Below are positions 8,541 to 15,769 of a stretch of DNA of 38,349 nt, piece after piece. The position numbers and the translations under genes were made by a program. The stretch is taken from positions 1-38,349 of the IMG/VR virus record IMGVR_UViG_3300032373_000048. One strand, 5' to 3'. The notes beneath the pieces were generated by a model. It was given only the letters and a program-made list of their open reading frames with translations, ran no database searches and had not been told where the DNA came from. This DNA comes from a virus. Taxonomy: Duplodnaviria > Caudoviricetes. Position 1 is the first letter of the stretch. Each line of letters opens with the position of its first letter.

Positions 8541-8803
8541 CGCACCAGCTCCCTCTTGCTGCGCGAAGATACCAACGCGGCATCGCTGTTTACGCGGTCG
8601 ATACGGTCAAGCGCGGCGCGAAGGTCGCGGTATTGTTCTTCGGTGAACTCGACCACTTCGCCGCCCTCATCGCTGGCAATCGTAAGGCTCCAGCCACCAT
8701 CGGGGTAGCGGACCGCCTCAAGCGGCTCTGTGCTGTCCTGCGCGCGGTCCAGAAACAGAAGCGCCTGATAAACCGCGTCCCGTTGTGAGTATGTGAAAGT
8801 CAT
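8537..8803 (-). CDS. Hypothetical acidic protein
   Basis: GGGAGA RBS before MTFTYSQ; the Arg-rich extension in the ORF track comes from the repeat. Confidence 0.65.
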   Translation of the reverse strand: MTFTYSQRDAVYQALLFLDRAQDSTEPLEAVRYPDGGWSLTIASDEGGEVVEFTEEQYRDLRAALDRIDRVNSDAALVSSRSKRELVR

Positions 8804-8814
8804 GTTTGTCTCCC

Positions 8815-9099
8815 TTATCCGCTGCCGCTGCCGCTGCCGCTGCCGTAGCCGTCGCCGTAGCCGCTGCCGTCGCCGTTGCCGTAGCCGTCGCCGTTGCCGT
8901 TGCCGCTGCCGCTGCCGTAGCCGTCGCCGTAGCCGTCGCCGTTGCCGTTGCCGATGCCGTAGCCGATGCCGCTGCCGCTGCCGCTGCCGCTGCCGTTGCC
9001 GTTGCCGTAGCCGTTGCCGCTGCCGTAGCCGTAGCCGCTGCCGTCGCCGTCGCCGTCGCCGTTGCCGTAGCCGTCGCAGAGAATCCAAAGATTAGGCAT
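8815..9099 (-). CDS. 94-aa glycine-rich (X-Gly)43 repeat protein
   Basis: ATG overlaps the upstream stop (ATGCCTAA); MPNLWILC then DGYGNGDG...SGSG. Confidence 0.75.
   Translation of the reverse strand: MPNLWILCDGYGNGDGDGDGSGYGYGSGNGYGNGNGSGSGSGSGIGYGIGNGNGDGYGDGYGSGSGNGNGDGYGNGDGSGYGDGYGSGSGSGSG
8818..9075. repeat. Hexanucleotide tandem repeat, 43 units of NNC-GGC on the minus strand
   Basis: Only AAC, TAC, GAC, AGC and ATC alternate with GGC (last Gly is GGA). Confidence 0.95.
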
Positions 9100-9472
9100 T
9101 GCGTGGCTCAAATGTCTTGGCTGCGACCGTGCTAGCCGGAATGATCTCAATAGCCTGAGAAAGTTCGACCAATGGAACCCGCGCCGAGATGCGGCTCTGC
9201 TTGCCAACACCCTTTGTGGCGACCTCTGAAAGCGTGAAGGCTTCGGTCCATTTCCAGAGGCGGACCGAAGCTTCAAGAAGAACATTGGTGCCATTCTTGG
9301 CAATGACGGTCCCGATATGGACACCCGCAGAATAGGTGCGAACAACGCAAAGCTGACCAACGACGGGCGAGTCTTCGGTTTCAACGCTGACCTTGCGCGC
9401 TTCGATTTTTTGCCCCGTGGCGCGCTCTACCAGAGCAATGAGTGTTTCGTTTGAGATTTCAGTCTTGGACAT
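9092..9472 (-). CDS. DUF6948-like phage protein (probable Sm/SH3-like beta barrel)
   Basis: VGQLCVVRTYSAGVHIG...RLWKW...TLSEVATKGV...AIEIIP; AGGAG RBS. Confidence 0.75.
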   Translation of the reverse strand: MSKTEISNETLIALVERATGQKIEARKVSVETEDSPVVGQLCVVRTYSAGVHIGTVIAKNGTNVLLEASVRLWKWTEAFTLSEVATKGVGKQSRISARVPLVELSQAIEIIPASTVAAKTFEPRNA

Positions 9473-9497
9473 TGTGTTTCTCCTTTTTCGATGCCTC

Positions 9498-9525
9498 ACC
9501 ATAACGGCCCGTTTTACCATTGCAA
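9498..9525 (-). promoter_or_regulatory. Leftward early promoter (PL-like)
   Basis: TTGCAA-N16-TATGGT upstream of 9472. Confidence 0.55.
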
Positions 9526-9579
9526 GGAAAAAATAACGCGCGGCTATATAAAAAACAGCAGTTCAACAAAAATAAGGGC

Positions 9580-9609
9580 TTGCCAAGGTATCAACGTGCG
9601 TTATAGGCT
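9580..9609 (+). promoter_or_regulatory. Rightward early promoter (PR-like), probably leaderless cro mRNA
   Basis: TTGCCA then TATAGGCT just before ATG 9616; no SD sequence. Confidence 0.55.
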
Positions 9610-9615
9610 GCGCGC

Positions 9616-9816
9616 ATGATGACACTCGACACATATTTGCGGGAGACCCCTGAAACGAACAGGGCTTTTGCTGAGCGGACAGGGCTGACGCCTGTATCCG
9701 TGAGCCGCCTTCGTCACGGCCATCATTGGCCCACCGGACGGACGGCGTTTAAGATATGGAAAGCAACTGACGGCAAGGTTGGGTTTATCCCTTCTGACCC
9801 TGATGTTGCACCGTGA
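9616..9816 (+). CDS. Cro-like HTH transcriptional regulator
   Basis: MTLDTYL...RAFAERTGLT..SVSRL..G...P......I..AT.GKV; first gene of the rightward operon. Confidence 0.85.
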   Translation: MMTLDTYLRETPETNRAFAERTGLTPVSVSRLRHGHHWPTGRTAFKIWKATDGKVGFIPSDPDVAP

Positions 9817-9897
9817 TGCGTGGGCGGTTTCCCTTCCCCGCCGCGCATGGCCCGGCTTGGCGCGCTTCCCCCGCGACAGGTCGGGCCTTATTCTTTT
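9816..9897 (+). terminator. Tandem hairpins with CUUCCCC-type loops and U-rich tail (tR1-like)
   Basis: Stems 9816-9848 and 9849-9887 followed by ttattctttt. Confidence 0.5.
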
Positions 9898-9907
9898 GGA
9901 GGACACA

Positions 9908-10060
9908 ATGACTGATAGCAAAACACTCAATGAGTCCAAGCGCGCCCTTGCCCGTAAACGCTGGCAGCAAGCCCCCAAGGGCAAACGACACACCGCATGG
10001 GAGAAGTTACGCGACGCCACCACGGACGCTCTGAAGGCTGAAGCGGGGCGGTTGGTTTGA
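9908..10060 (+). CDS. Small basic hypothetical protein
   Basis: GGAGGA RBS before MTDSKTL. Confidence 0.65.
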   Translation: MTDSKTLNESKRALARKRWQQAPKGKRHTAWEKLRDATTDALKAEAGRLV

Positions 10061-10548
10061 TGGGGAGGCGTGCGCAACCTATTTTGGCGCGTCTTTGGGC
10101 GCGCATCCGAGTGCAAAACAACGGATGCTGGGAGTGGGCAGGCCAACTGGACGCTGATGGGTATGGCGTCATTACATCGCAAGTAAACGGAAAGTGGCGG
10201 CGCGTCAGGGTTCACAGGCTTGCGCACGATCTGTTTTTTAATGATGAGCGCCTGCACAGCAAATGGGTTTTGCACAAGTGCGACAACCGCAAGTGTTGTA
10301 ACCCCGACCATTTGCGCCTTGGCGACCACCAACAAAACATGGACGACATGAAGCGGCGCAATCGCTCGCCGCGAGCATGTGGTGAAAGTAACGGGCGCTC
10401 ACGCCTGAAAGAAAGCGATGTGCGCGAAATAATACGTCGCGCCCGGTCTGGAGAGCAATACAAAAAAATTGCAGCGCATTACAGCGTAGACCCATCACAC
10501 GTGAGTTTAATTGCGCGCGGGAAAATGTGGAAGCACATAGATGTCTAG
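10057..10548 (+). CDS. HNH homing-type endonuclease
   Basis: GCWEW.G....DGYG, RVHRLA, VLHKCDNRKCCNPDHL..G....N..D, C-terminal HTH. Confidence 0.92.
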   Translation: MMGRRAQPILARLWARIRVQNNGCWEWAGQLDADGYGVITSQVNGKWRRVRVHRLAHDLFFNDERLHSKWVLHKCDNRKCCNPDHLRLGDHQQNMDDMKRRNRSPRACGESNGRSRLKESDVREIIRRARSGEQYKKIAAHYSVDPSHVSLIARGKMWKHIDV

Positions 10549-10948
10549 CAGGCGTCCACCCCATATACCCGCCCGCAAGGCTTTCCCCGTATCCGTTCGG
10601 CGCACTGTATCTGAACGATCAGGCGGCGTGTGTGAACTGCCTGAGTGCGAGGCTGACGCGGAACACTACGACCACATCATTCCAATCGCCTTTGGCGGCA
10701 CATCGACGCTGAAAAACTGCCGTCATCTTTGCGGGCCGTGTAATGCCGACAAGGGCAAACTGGAGGCCAAAATGGCCCTAAAGGCTGACAAGATGGGTGG
10801 GCGCGTTGGTCAACATTCACGCCGGATGAAAGCCAAGCAGAAGGGCAAGCACAAGCCTATTCAATCGCGCGGTTTTAATAAAACGCACAAGCAAAAGCTG
10901 CCGACGAAGGCCAAGCCGTTTGGATCAGTGGAGCGGCGCGATTCATGA
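10541..10948 (+). CDS. HNH endonuclease (Zn-finger type)
   Basis: CELPEC...DHIIPIAFGG.....NCRHLCGPCN. Confidence 0.88.
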   Translation: MSSRRPPHIPARKAFPVSVRRTVSERSGGVCELPECEADAEHYDHIIPIAFGGTSTLKNCRHLCGPCNADKGKLEAKMALKADKMGGRVGQHSRRMKAKQKGKHKPIQSRGFNKTHKQKLPTKAKPFGSVERRDS

Positions 10949-11295
10949 TAATATCTCTGCCATACCCACCCACCACGCTATCACCGAATGCGCGCAAGCA
11001 TTGGGCGGTGAAGTCCAGGGCCACACGCGGCTATCGGTATGACTGCGCGATGTCTGCCAAGTCACAAGGTTTGGGTAAACTGGAAGGCGACATGCTTTAT
11101 CTGCGTGTCATCTTCTGCCCACCAAACAAACGCCGCAGAGATTATGACAACGCCATTGCCGCATTTAAGGCAGGGCAGGACGCGCTCGCAGACGTAACGG
11201 GCATAGATGATTCAAACTTCAGGGTGACGTATGCGCCTCACTTTGGAGAACCAACGAAGGGTGGCGCTGTTCTTGTTGACATAGAGGAAGGGTAA
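10945..11295 (+). CDS. rusA: RusA-like Holliday junction resolvase
   Basis: LPYPP..LSPN, PPNKRRRDYDN....K...DAL....GIDD. Confidence 0.88.
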   Translation: MIISLPYPPTTLSPNARKHWAVKSRATRGYRYDCAMSAKSQGLGKLEGDMLYLRVIFCPPNKRRRDYDNAIAAFKAGQDALADVTGIDDSNFRVTYAPHFGEPTKGGAVLVDIEEG

Positions 11296-11298
11296 ATC

Positions 11299-11697
11299 AT
11301 GGCAAGACATGACAACGAAACAAATTGGGACGAGAGCCGCATTGAAACGCTGCGCGAACTGAAGGCGTCGGGATACACACATGACGAAATTGCGAGGGTG
11401 ATGGAGTTGACGCGCGGTGCTGTCTCTGGCGGGTCGCGTAGGTTCTGCAAAGACATTCCTATCAAGCAAGGTGGGAAGCGCGGAAGCAGAAACAAGCCTG
11501 CCAATCACCTAAGCCGCTTTGGTGCTGAAAAGCTGGCACACAGCATCGAAACGTATTGGGCAGATCAGGGTTATTCGGTGCGGTGTTCTGTGGTGAAGAC
11601 GGACGCCAAGGCTGACGAGAATGATTCAACCCTGATTTATGCTGTCAAAACGGACATGGTAAACGGCCTGCCCCGTGACTATCGGGTGGCGTCATGA
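11299..11697 (+). CDS. Protein with GcrA-like N-terminal HTH
   Basis: WDESRIETLREL...G.T..EIA..M..TRGAV.G..RR. Confidence 0.7.
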   Translation: MARHDNETNWDESRIETLRELKASGYTHDEIARVMELTRGAVSGGSRRFCKDIPIKQGGKRGSRNKPANHLSRFGAEKLAHSIETYWADQGYSVRCSVVKTDAKADENDSTLIYAVKTDMVNGLPRDYRVAS

Positions 11698-12008
11698 TCA
11701 TCGCTTATCGGTTTGATTGCTCTGTGGATGCGACATATGGCGCTTTGAGCGTTTCACTTGTCCGTAAGCCGAAACTGAGCGACCTGTTGCAAGACGCCTG
11801 CGCGGATCATGGGGTGAGCATTTACGATGCCAAAAGCCCGCTTCGCCTGAAAGAATTGTCCGAAACGCGCCACGATTTCTTTCATCGCGCGCACCAGGCC
11901 GGGAATTGGTCGCTAACGCAGATTGCGCGAGCCGCAGGGCGCACAGACCACACAACCGTCATTCACGGCATTAAGGCCCACCAGAAGCGCATGGGGGCCA
12001 GCCAATGA
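11694..12008 (+). CDS. DnaA C-terminal-like HTH protein
   Basis: SP.R...L...R......SLTQIAR..GRTDHTTVIHGIK. Confidence 0.85.
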   Translation: MIIAYRFDCSVDATYGALSVSLVRKPKLSDLLQDACADHGVSIYDAKSPLRLKELSETRHDFFHRAHQAGNWSLTQIARAAGRTDHTTVIHGIKAHQKRMGASQ

Positions 12009-12550
12009 ACGGACGCAAAGCAATTAGCAAGACGACGCGGTTCGAAGTTTTCAAGCGCGACGGTTTCGCTTGCGCGTACTGCGGGGCAAGCCCGCCTGAT
12101 GTTTTGTTGGAGGTCGATCATATTCATCCGGTCGCTGAAGGCGGCACAAACGAGATGGATAACCTTGTCACGGCTTGTGTCGATTGTAACCGGGGGAAGG
12201 GCGCTCGATTGCTTAGCACGGTCCCGCAGAGCCTGGAAGACAAGGCAGCGGCAACGCAAGAGCGCGAAGACCAGCTACGGGCCTATTACGAGGTCATGGA
12301 GGCCAAGCGGGAGCGCGAGGAAGACGACCTGTGGACGGTCGCAGAGATATTCATGGACCGCTTTGCAGACGAATCCATAACGACCGCGCGCCTCACATCT
12401 ATAAAGACATTTTTGCGCAGGCTGGACGTGTTTGAGGTTCGCGAAGCGATGGATATTGCAGCGCACCGATTTTATTCAAAACCCAAGGCGTTCTCATATT
12501 TCTGCGGCATTTGCTGGAACAAGATTAAACGCGCGGAGGAAGGCGAGTGA
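12005..12550 (+). CDS. HNH endonuclease
   Basis: RFEVFKRDGFACAYCG...LEVDHIHPVAEGG.N..DNLVTAC.DCNRGK. Confidence 0.92.
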   Translation: MNGRKAISKTTRFEVFKRDGFACAYCGASPPDVLLEVDHIHPVAEGGTNEMDNLVTACVDCNRGKGARLLSTVPQSLEDKAAATQEREDQLRAYYEVMEAKREREEDDLWTVAEIFMDRFADESITTARLTSIKTFLRRLDVFEVREAMDIAAHRFYSKPKAFSYFCGICWNKIKRAEEGE

Positions 12551-13356
12551 GCCTCACCCCCATCATACGTGCGCTTGTCGGGGCAGGGGCCACGCCAGAG
12601 ATGATCTTGGCGGCGGTAGAAGCCCATGAAGCCGAGCAAAATCAAAGCGTTGAGGCGAGGCGTGAGAAAGACCGCGAGCGGAAACGTGCGGCTCGTGCGT
12701 CACGTTCTGTCCGCAATGTCCCACGGAATCCAGCGGACAACGCGGACGCTCCCCCTCCCCCTGATAAGAAAGCCCCCCACACCCCCAAAGAATTAACCCC
12801 CACCCCCTCCAAAAAGACCCCTAAAGGGGTCCAAAAAGGTTCCCCTCCCCCGTTTTGCTATCCCGACGATTTCGAGGCGTTCTGGTCGGCCTATCCCGAC
12901 AAGACCAACAATTCGAAAAAGCGGGCAGCGGAGGAATGGGCGTTGCTAGGCGAGGAGGACAGGGCGCTTGCCACGGCGGCTTGCGGGCCATACCGGGCAT
13001 TCCTCGCCAAGCCGGACGGGCCACCCTGCATCCACGCCGAACGGTTTTTGAAGCATCGCCGGTTTGATGGTTATGCCGAGCAGGCCGAAGCGAGCAAGCC
13101 CCCACCACCTGTCGAGCTGACGGATTCCGCAGAGCATAGGTTTCTGGCGCAATGCCGGGATGATGGGGCGACAGGCTGGCAGCGATGGGCGCGGGGCGGC
13201 GGGTTTGAAGTCGTCAAGGCGGGAGGCGACACGGTTTGCGTTGTGTCAGGGCCGCTCCACGAGTTTGAGGATATGGGCAAGGCGACGGCAAAGCGGCTGG
13301 GCGTCCTGATCTGGAATGATGCTTTTTACAAAAAGCGATTGGAGAAGACCGCATGA
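12547..13356 (+). CDS. Phage replication initiator (O-position)
   Basis: R..DRERKR basic segment, Pro/Lys linker, FEAFWSAYP.K....KK.A...W...H.ERFL...RF. Confidence 0.75.
   Translation: MSLTPIIRALVGAGATPEMILAAVEAHEAEQNQSVEARREKDRERKRAARASRSVRNVPRNPADNADAPPPPDKKAPHTPKELTPTPSKKTPKGVQKGSPPPFCYPDDFEAFWSAYPDKTNNSKKRAAEEWALLGEEDRALATAACGPYRAFLAKPDGPPCIHAERFLKHRRFDGYAEQAEASKPPPPVELTDSAEHRFLAQCRDDGATGWQRWARGGGFEVVKAGGDTVCVVSGPLHEFEDMGKATAKRLGVLIWNDAFYKKRLEKTA
12749..12852. other. Candidate replication origin inside the initiator gene
   Basis: Strongly C/A-skewed runs plus inverted repeat gacccctaaaggggtc, at the position of lambdoid origins. Confidence 0.4.
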
Positions 13357-13655
13357 CCGAACCCACACGAAAAGTACCAGACATGGACCCGCGCGTTGTG
13401 GCAAGCGCACACCGTGGCGCTGATGCGTTTATGGAAGTGATGGACACAAGCAAGGGTGTTGACCCGCATGTGTTCGCTGCCGCGATTGCTGCCGTTATGG
13501 GCGCGGACGGCTGGATCAGGAAACGGCAAGCGGCGGTTGAGCATGACGAGATTAACCCTGAAGCGGTCAAGGCACGATGCGGGCCTGTTGTCCAGGTCGA
13601 TGCCGCCAGCGTAACCGACAATCTGAAACCGGATCAGGAAGGGACAAGCACATGA
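13353..13655 (+). CDS. Hypothetical protein
   Basis: GGAG RBS, ATGA overlaps. Confidence 0.6.
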   Translation: MTEPTRKVPDMDPRVVASAHRGADAFMEVMDTSKGVDPHVFAAAIAAVMGADGWIRKRQAAVEHDEINPEAVKARCGPVVQVDAASVTDNLKPDQEGTST

Positions 13656-13783
13656 CCCGCGAAGAAAACATTGCCCACCTTGAGCGTTTGATTCTGGCGG
13701 CGATTGAAGACGACCGATTGCACGCGGCGAATTGGCTCCGTGAACAACTCGCCAAGGCGGAACAGGAGTCAGAAAATGGCTAG
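13652..13783 (+). CDS. Small hypothetical protein
   Basis: MTREENIAHLERL...; coupled overlaps. Confidence 0.55.
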   Translation: MTREENIAHLERLILAAIEDDRLHAANWLREQLAKAEQESENG

Positions 13784-14252
13784 AGGTCGCAAGCGTAAGA
13801 CCGGAAAGCGTGAGCCCAACGGACGCATTCAACGTGTTGCGGAAAAGGACAAAGGCACGAAGGAATTACAGGCACGGCGCAATGCCGGAATCTTTGATGA
13901 GACAATCGACACGCTGCATTACCGAAAAATCGTGACCAATGAACAAGCCGACGCCTTCCAGCGTTTCAGCAAGGCAAGGAACCTGCTGTATGGCCCGCCA
14001 GCGCCCAAGGTGAACGCCTTGGCCCCCATGATACCCGGCGAGAAAGCGGAAGTGCCTGACGCCCGTTTAGAGGCGGCGCAACGAGATTTCGATAACGGCA
14101 TGGATGCGCTTGGTAAGGCGGGCGGCGCGGCCACGGCTTCAGTGTTCCATTTGATGATGCACAACGAGGCGGTTGGCGATCTGTCTTATTTGAGCGCCGG
14201 TCTGGATGCTTTGCAGGGTGTGTTTATCGGTGGGATGGCAAAAGTTGCGTAA
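13776..14252 (+). CDS. Probable late transcription regulator (Q position)
   Basis: MARGRKRK.GKREPNGR N-terminus, L..GLDAL C-terminus; last early gene before the late promoter. Confidence 0.55.
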   Translation: MARGRKRKTGKREPNGRIQRVAEKDKGTKELQARRNAGIFDETIDTLHYRKIVTNEQADAFQRFSKARNLLYGPPAPKVNALAPMIPGEKAEVPDARLEAAQRDFDNGMDALGKAGGAATASVFHLMMHNEAVGDLSYLSAGLDALQGVFIGGMAKVA

Positions 14253-14257
14253 TGGGG

Positions 14258-14287
14258 TTGACTGATCAGCATCTTTGATGCTAGGGG
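14258..14287 (+). promoter_or_regulatory. Late promoter with palindromic spacer element
   Basis: TTGACT at 14258, GCTAG-type -10 near 14280, inverted repeat agcatc-ttt-gatgct at 14268-14282. Confidence 0.5.
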
Positions 14288-14299
14288 TTGTCGGAAATG

Positions 14300-14331
14300 C
14301 AGCGTCGGCCATTGCGTCTGGCGCTGTTTTT
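14300..14331 (+). terminator. tR'-like intrinsic terminator
   Basis: cagcgtcgg/ctggcgctg stem followed by TTTTT. Confidence 0.5.
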
Positions 14332-14340
14332 GATTCAGGG

Positions 14341-14519
14341 ATTGGCGAAGGGATTGGAGTTTTCCGGTCGCCCGTGCGGGGGATAAACCGCACCGCCAAT
14401 ACAATTCGGGTGTTGCTTACCGAAGGGTAAGACGAGGCGATATGCCCGCCCGATTAAAACGAGGCTGCTTGGGCCAGCGTAGCAAACCAAGTGACGCAGG
14501 GCATTAATCCTGCGCGGCC
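14341..14519 (+). ncRNA. Three tandem three-way-junction (tRNA-shaped) structured RNAs
   Basis: Closing stems attggcg/cgccaat, tcgggtg/cgcccga, ggctg/cggcc, each enclosing two hairpins; A-rich linkers. Confidence 0.55.
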
Positions 14520-14548
14520 CCGCTAGTTCACGCTGGCGGGGTTTTCTT
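14518..14548 (+). terminator. Intrinsic terminator
   Basis: ccccgctag-ttcacg-ctggcgggg then ttttctt. Confidence 0.7.
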
Positions 14549-14650
14549 ATTCAAGTTTCACCTCACCGCACAACACGCGACACGCGCGCTCTAGGCGTAG
14601 CATTTAACACGCAGGCGGTAACGAGGTGAATTAAACACGAGGGGCTGCAC

Positions 14651-14920
14651 ATGACAGAGCGGCCTGATGATGTGTCTGACGAAGCTGTGATTGCAGCGAT
14701 CACAAAGGCTTGCGAAGAAACGCTTGCAGATGCGAACGATTACCGCCCGCTGGCATTTCACCTAGCTGCGATGGTGTACGGGGTTGGTCCTGCTGAGCCC
14801 GGTTGCCTGTCTGATAAAGAGCGCGATGCCTTGCTGGTGTACGCTGAAAAGGTTCGGCGGTTTCTCGATGGTGAGCAAACGCCCTGCCAGATTGTTTCGA
14901 TAAGCCGAAAGGGTGAGTGA
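14651..14920 (+). CDS. Hypothetical protein
   Basis: GAGG RBS; first late ORF. Confidence 0.65.
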   Translation: MTERPDDVSDEAVIAAITKACEETLADANDYRPLAFHLAAMVYGVGPAEPGCLSDKERDALLVYAEKVRRFLDGEQTPCQIVSISRKGE

Positions 14921-14923
14921 ATC

Positions 14924-15769
14924 ATGGCCTCAGTTATTCCTTCTGATCGCTGGATCAACCCAGACGATTTTATGCTTGCCCATGCGCTTGAGCGTATCCG
15001 CAATGACTACGGCAAAATCTGCTATATCAAGCCAAAGGCGCTGCGCAAGTTCGGGCGGACAAGCAATGCTGACGATGGTGTAAGAACCACGATGGCGACA
15101 TTCCCCGGCGATGTGGTCAATGAAACCATGCGCGACACCAATGCGTACACATCTATTGTTTCATCTAATGCTGGCGACGATCAGGTAGTGACGATTGAGG
15201 GTCATACGATTGACGGCTCTGGCAATCTTACATTCGCAGTGCAGAGCGCGACACTGAACGGTCAGACGGCTGTCACGCTCGGCACGGCGCTCGCGCGGGT
15301 TAATCGCGTCTATATTGCCAATGCGTCGTTCGGTTCCAACCCTTCAGCCTTTGCGGGCAATGTGTCGGTGTATTTCGGCGCGGCGACTTCTGGCGTCCCT
15401 GATAATGACGATCAGGTTGGCGTGTATATCCCTGCCGGGAAGACGCAGACCCAGAAGGCGCAGACAGCGATTAGCCAGAGCGACTATTTCATCATCACAT
15501 CTGTCGCGGCGGGCATCTCGCGCGGGTCTGGCAATATCAACTGCGATATTGAACTGGAAATCCGGCAGCTTGGCGGTGTATGGCGTCCCGCTGGGTTGGA
15601 ATTGAAATATCGTTCGCAAGGCACAAACCAATTTGGAATGATGGCTGACCCCTGCATCATTGTCCCAAGTAATGCGGACGTGCGCATGGTCTGTACCGCG
15701 ACAGCAGCCAATTCATCGGCGTCAGGTTTTTTTGCAGGCTATCTTGCATTGGTGGATCGTGATGGCTGA
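14924..15769 (+). CDS. Beta-rich probable virion structural protein
   Basis: Thr/Ser/Gly/Ala-rich; KFG.., SSNAGD, TLNGQTAV, P..IVP..ADVR motifs. Confidence 0.6.
   Translation: MASVIPSDRWINPDDFMLAHALERIRNDYGKICYIKPKALRKFGRTSNADDGVRTTMATFPGDVVNETMRDTNAYTSIVSSNAGDDQVVTIEGHTIDGSGNLTFAVQSATLNGQTAVTLGTALARVNRVYIANASFGSNPSAFAGNVSVYFGAATSGVPDNDDQVGVYIPAGKTQTQKAQTAISQSDYFIITSVAAGISRGSGNINCDIELEIRQLGGVWRPAGLELKYRSQGTNQFGMMADPCIIVPSNADVRMVCTATAANSSASGFFAGYLALVDRDG

Noticed and set aside
8818-9075. CRISPR array or complete DGR
   Set aside because: No repeat-spacer structure, cas gene, reverse transcriptase or template/variable repeat pair in the window
8537-9135. Arg-rich, Arg/Cys-rich and Ala/Val-rich ORFs across the hexamer repeat
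   Set aside because: Alternative frames of a stop-free repeat; only the Gly-X frame has an ATG coupled to the upstream gene
9601-10335. 244-aa minus-strand ORF as the missing CI repressor
   Set aside because: It is antisense to cro and the HNH gene and has no HTH or S24 peptidase motifs
10057-12550. Three HNH genes as a novel nuclease system
   Set aside because: They belong to different common HNH subfamilies routinely found in lambdoid nin/replication regions
14341-14519. Canonical tRNA genes
   Set aside because: Units are only about 48-60 nt and lack the D arm and the GTTCRA T-loop consensus
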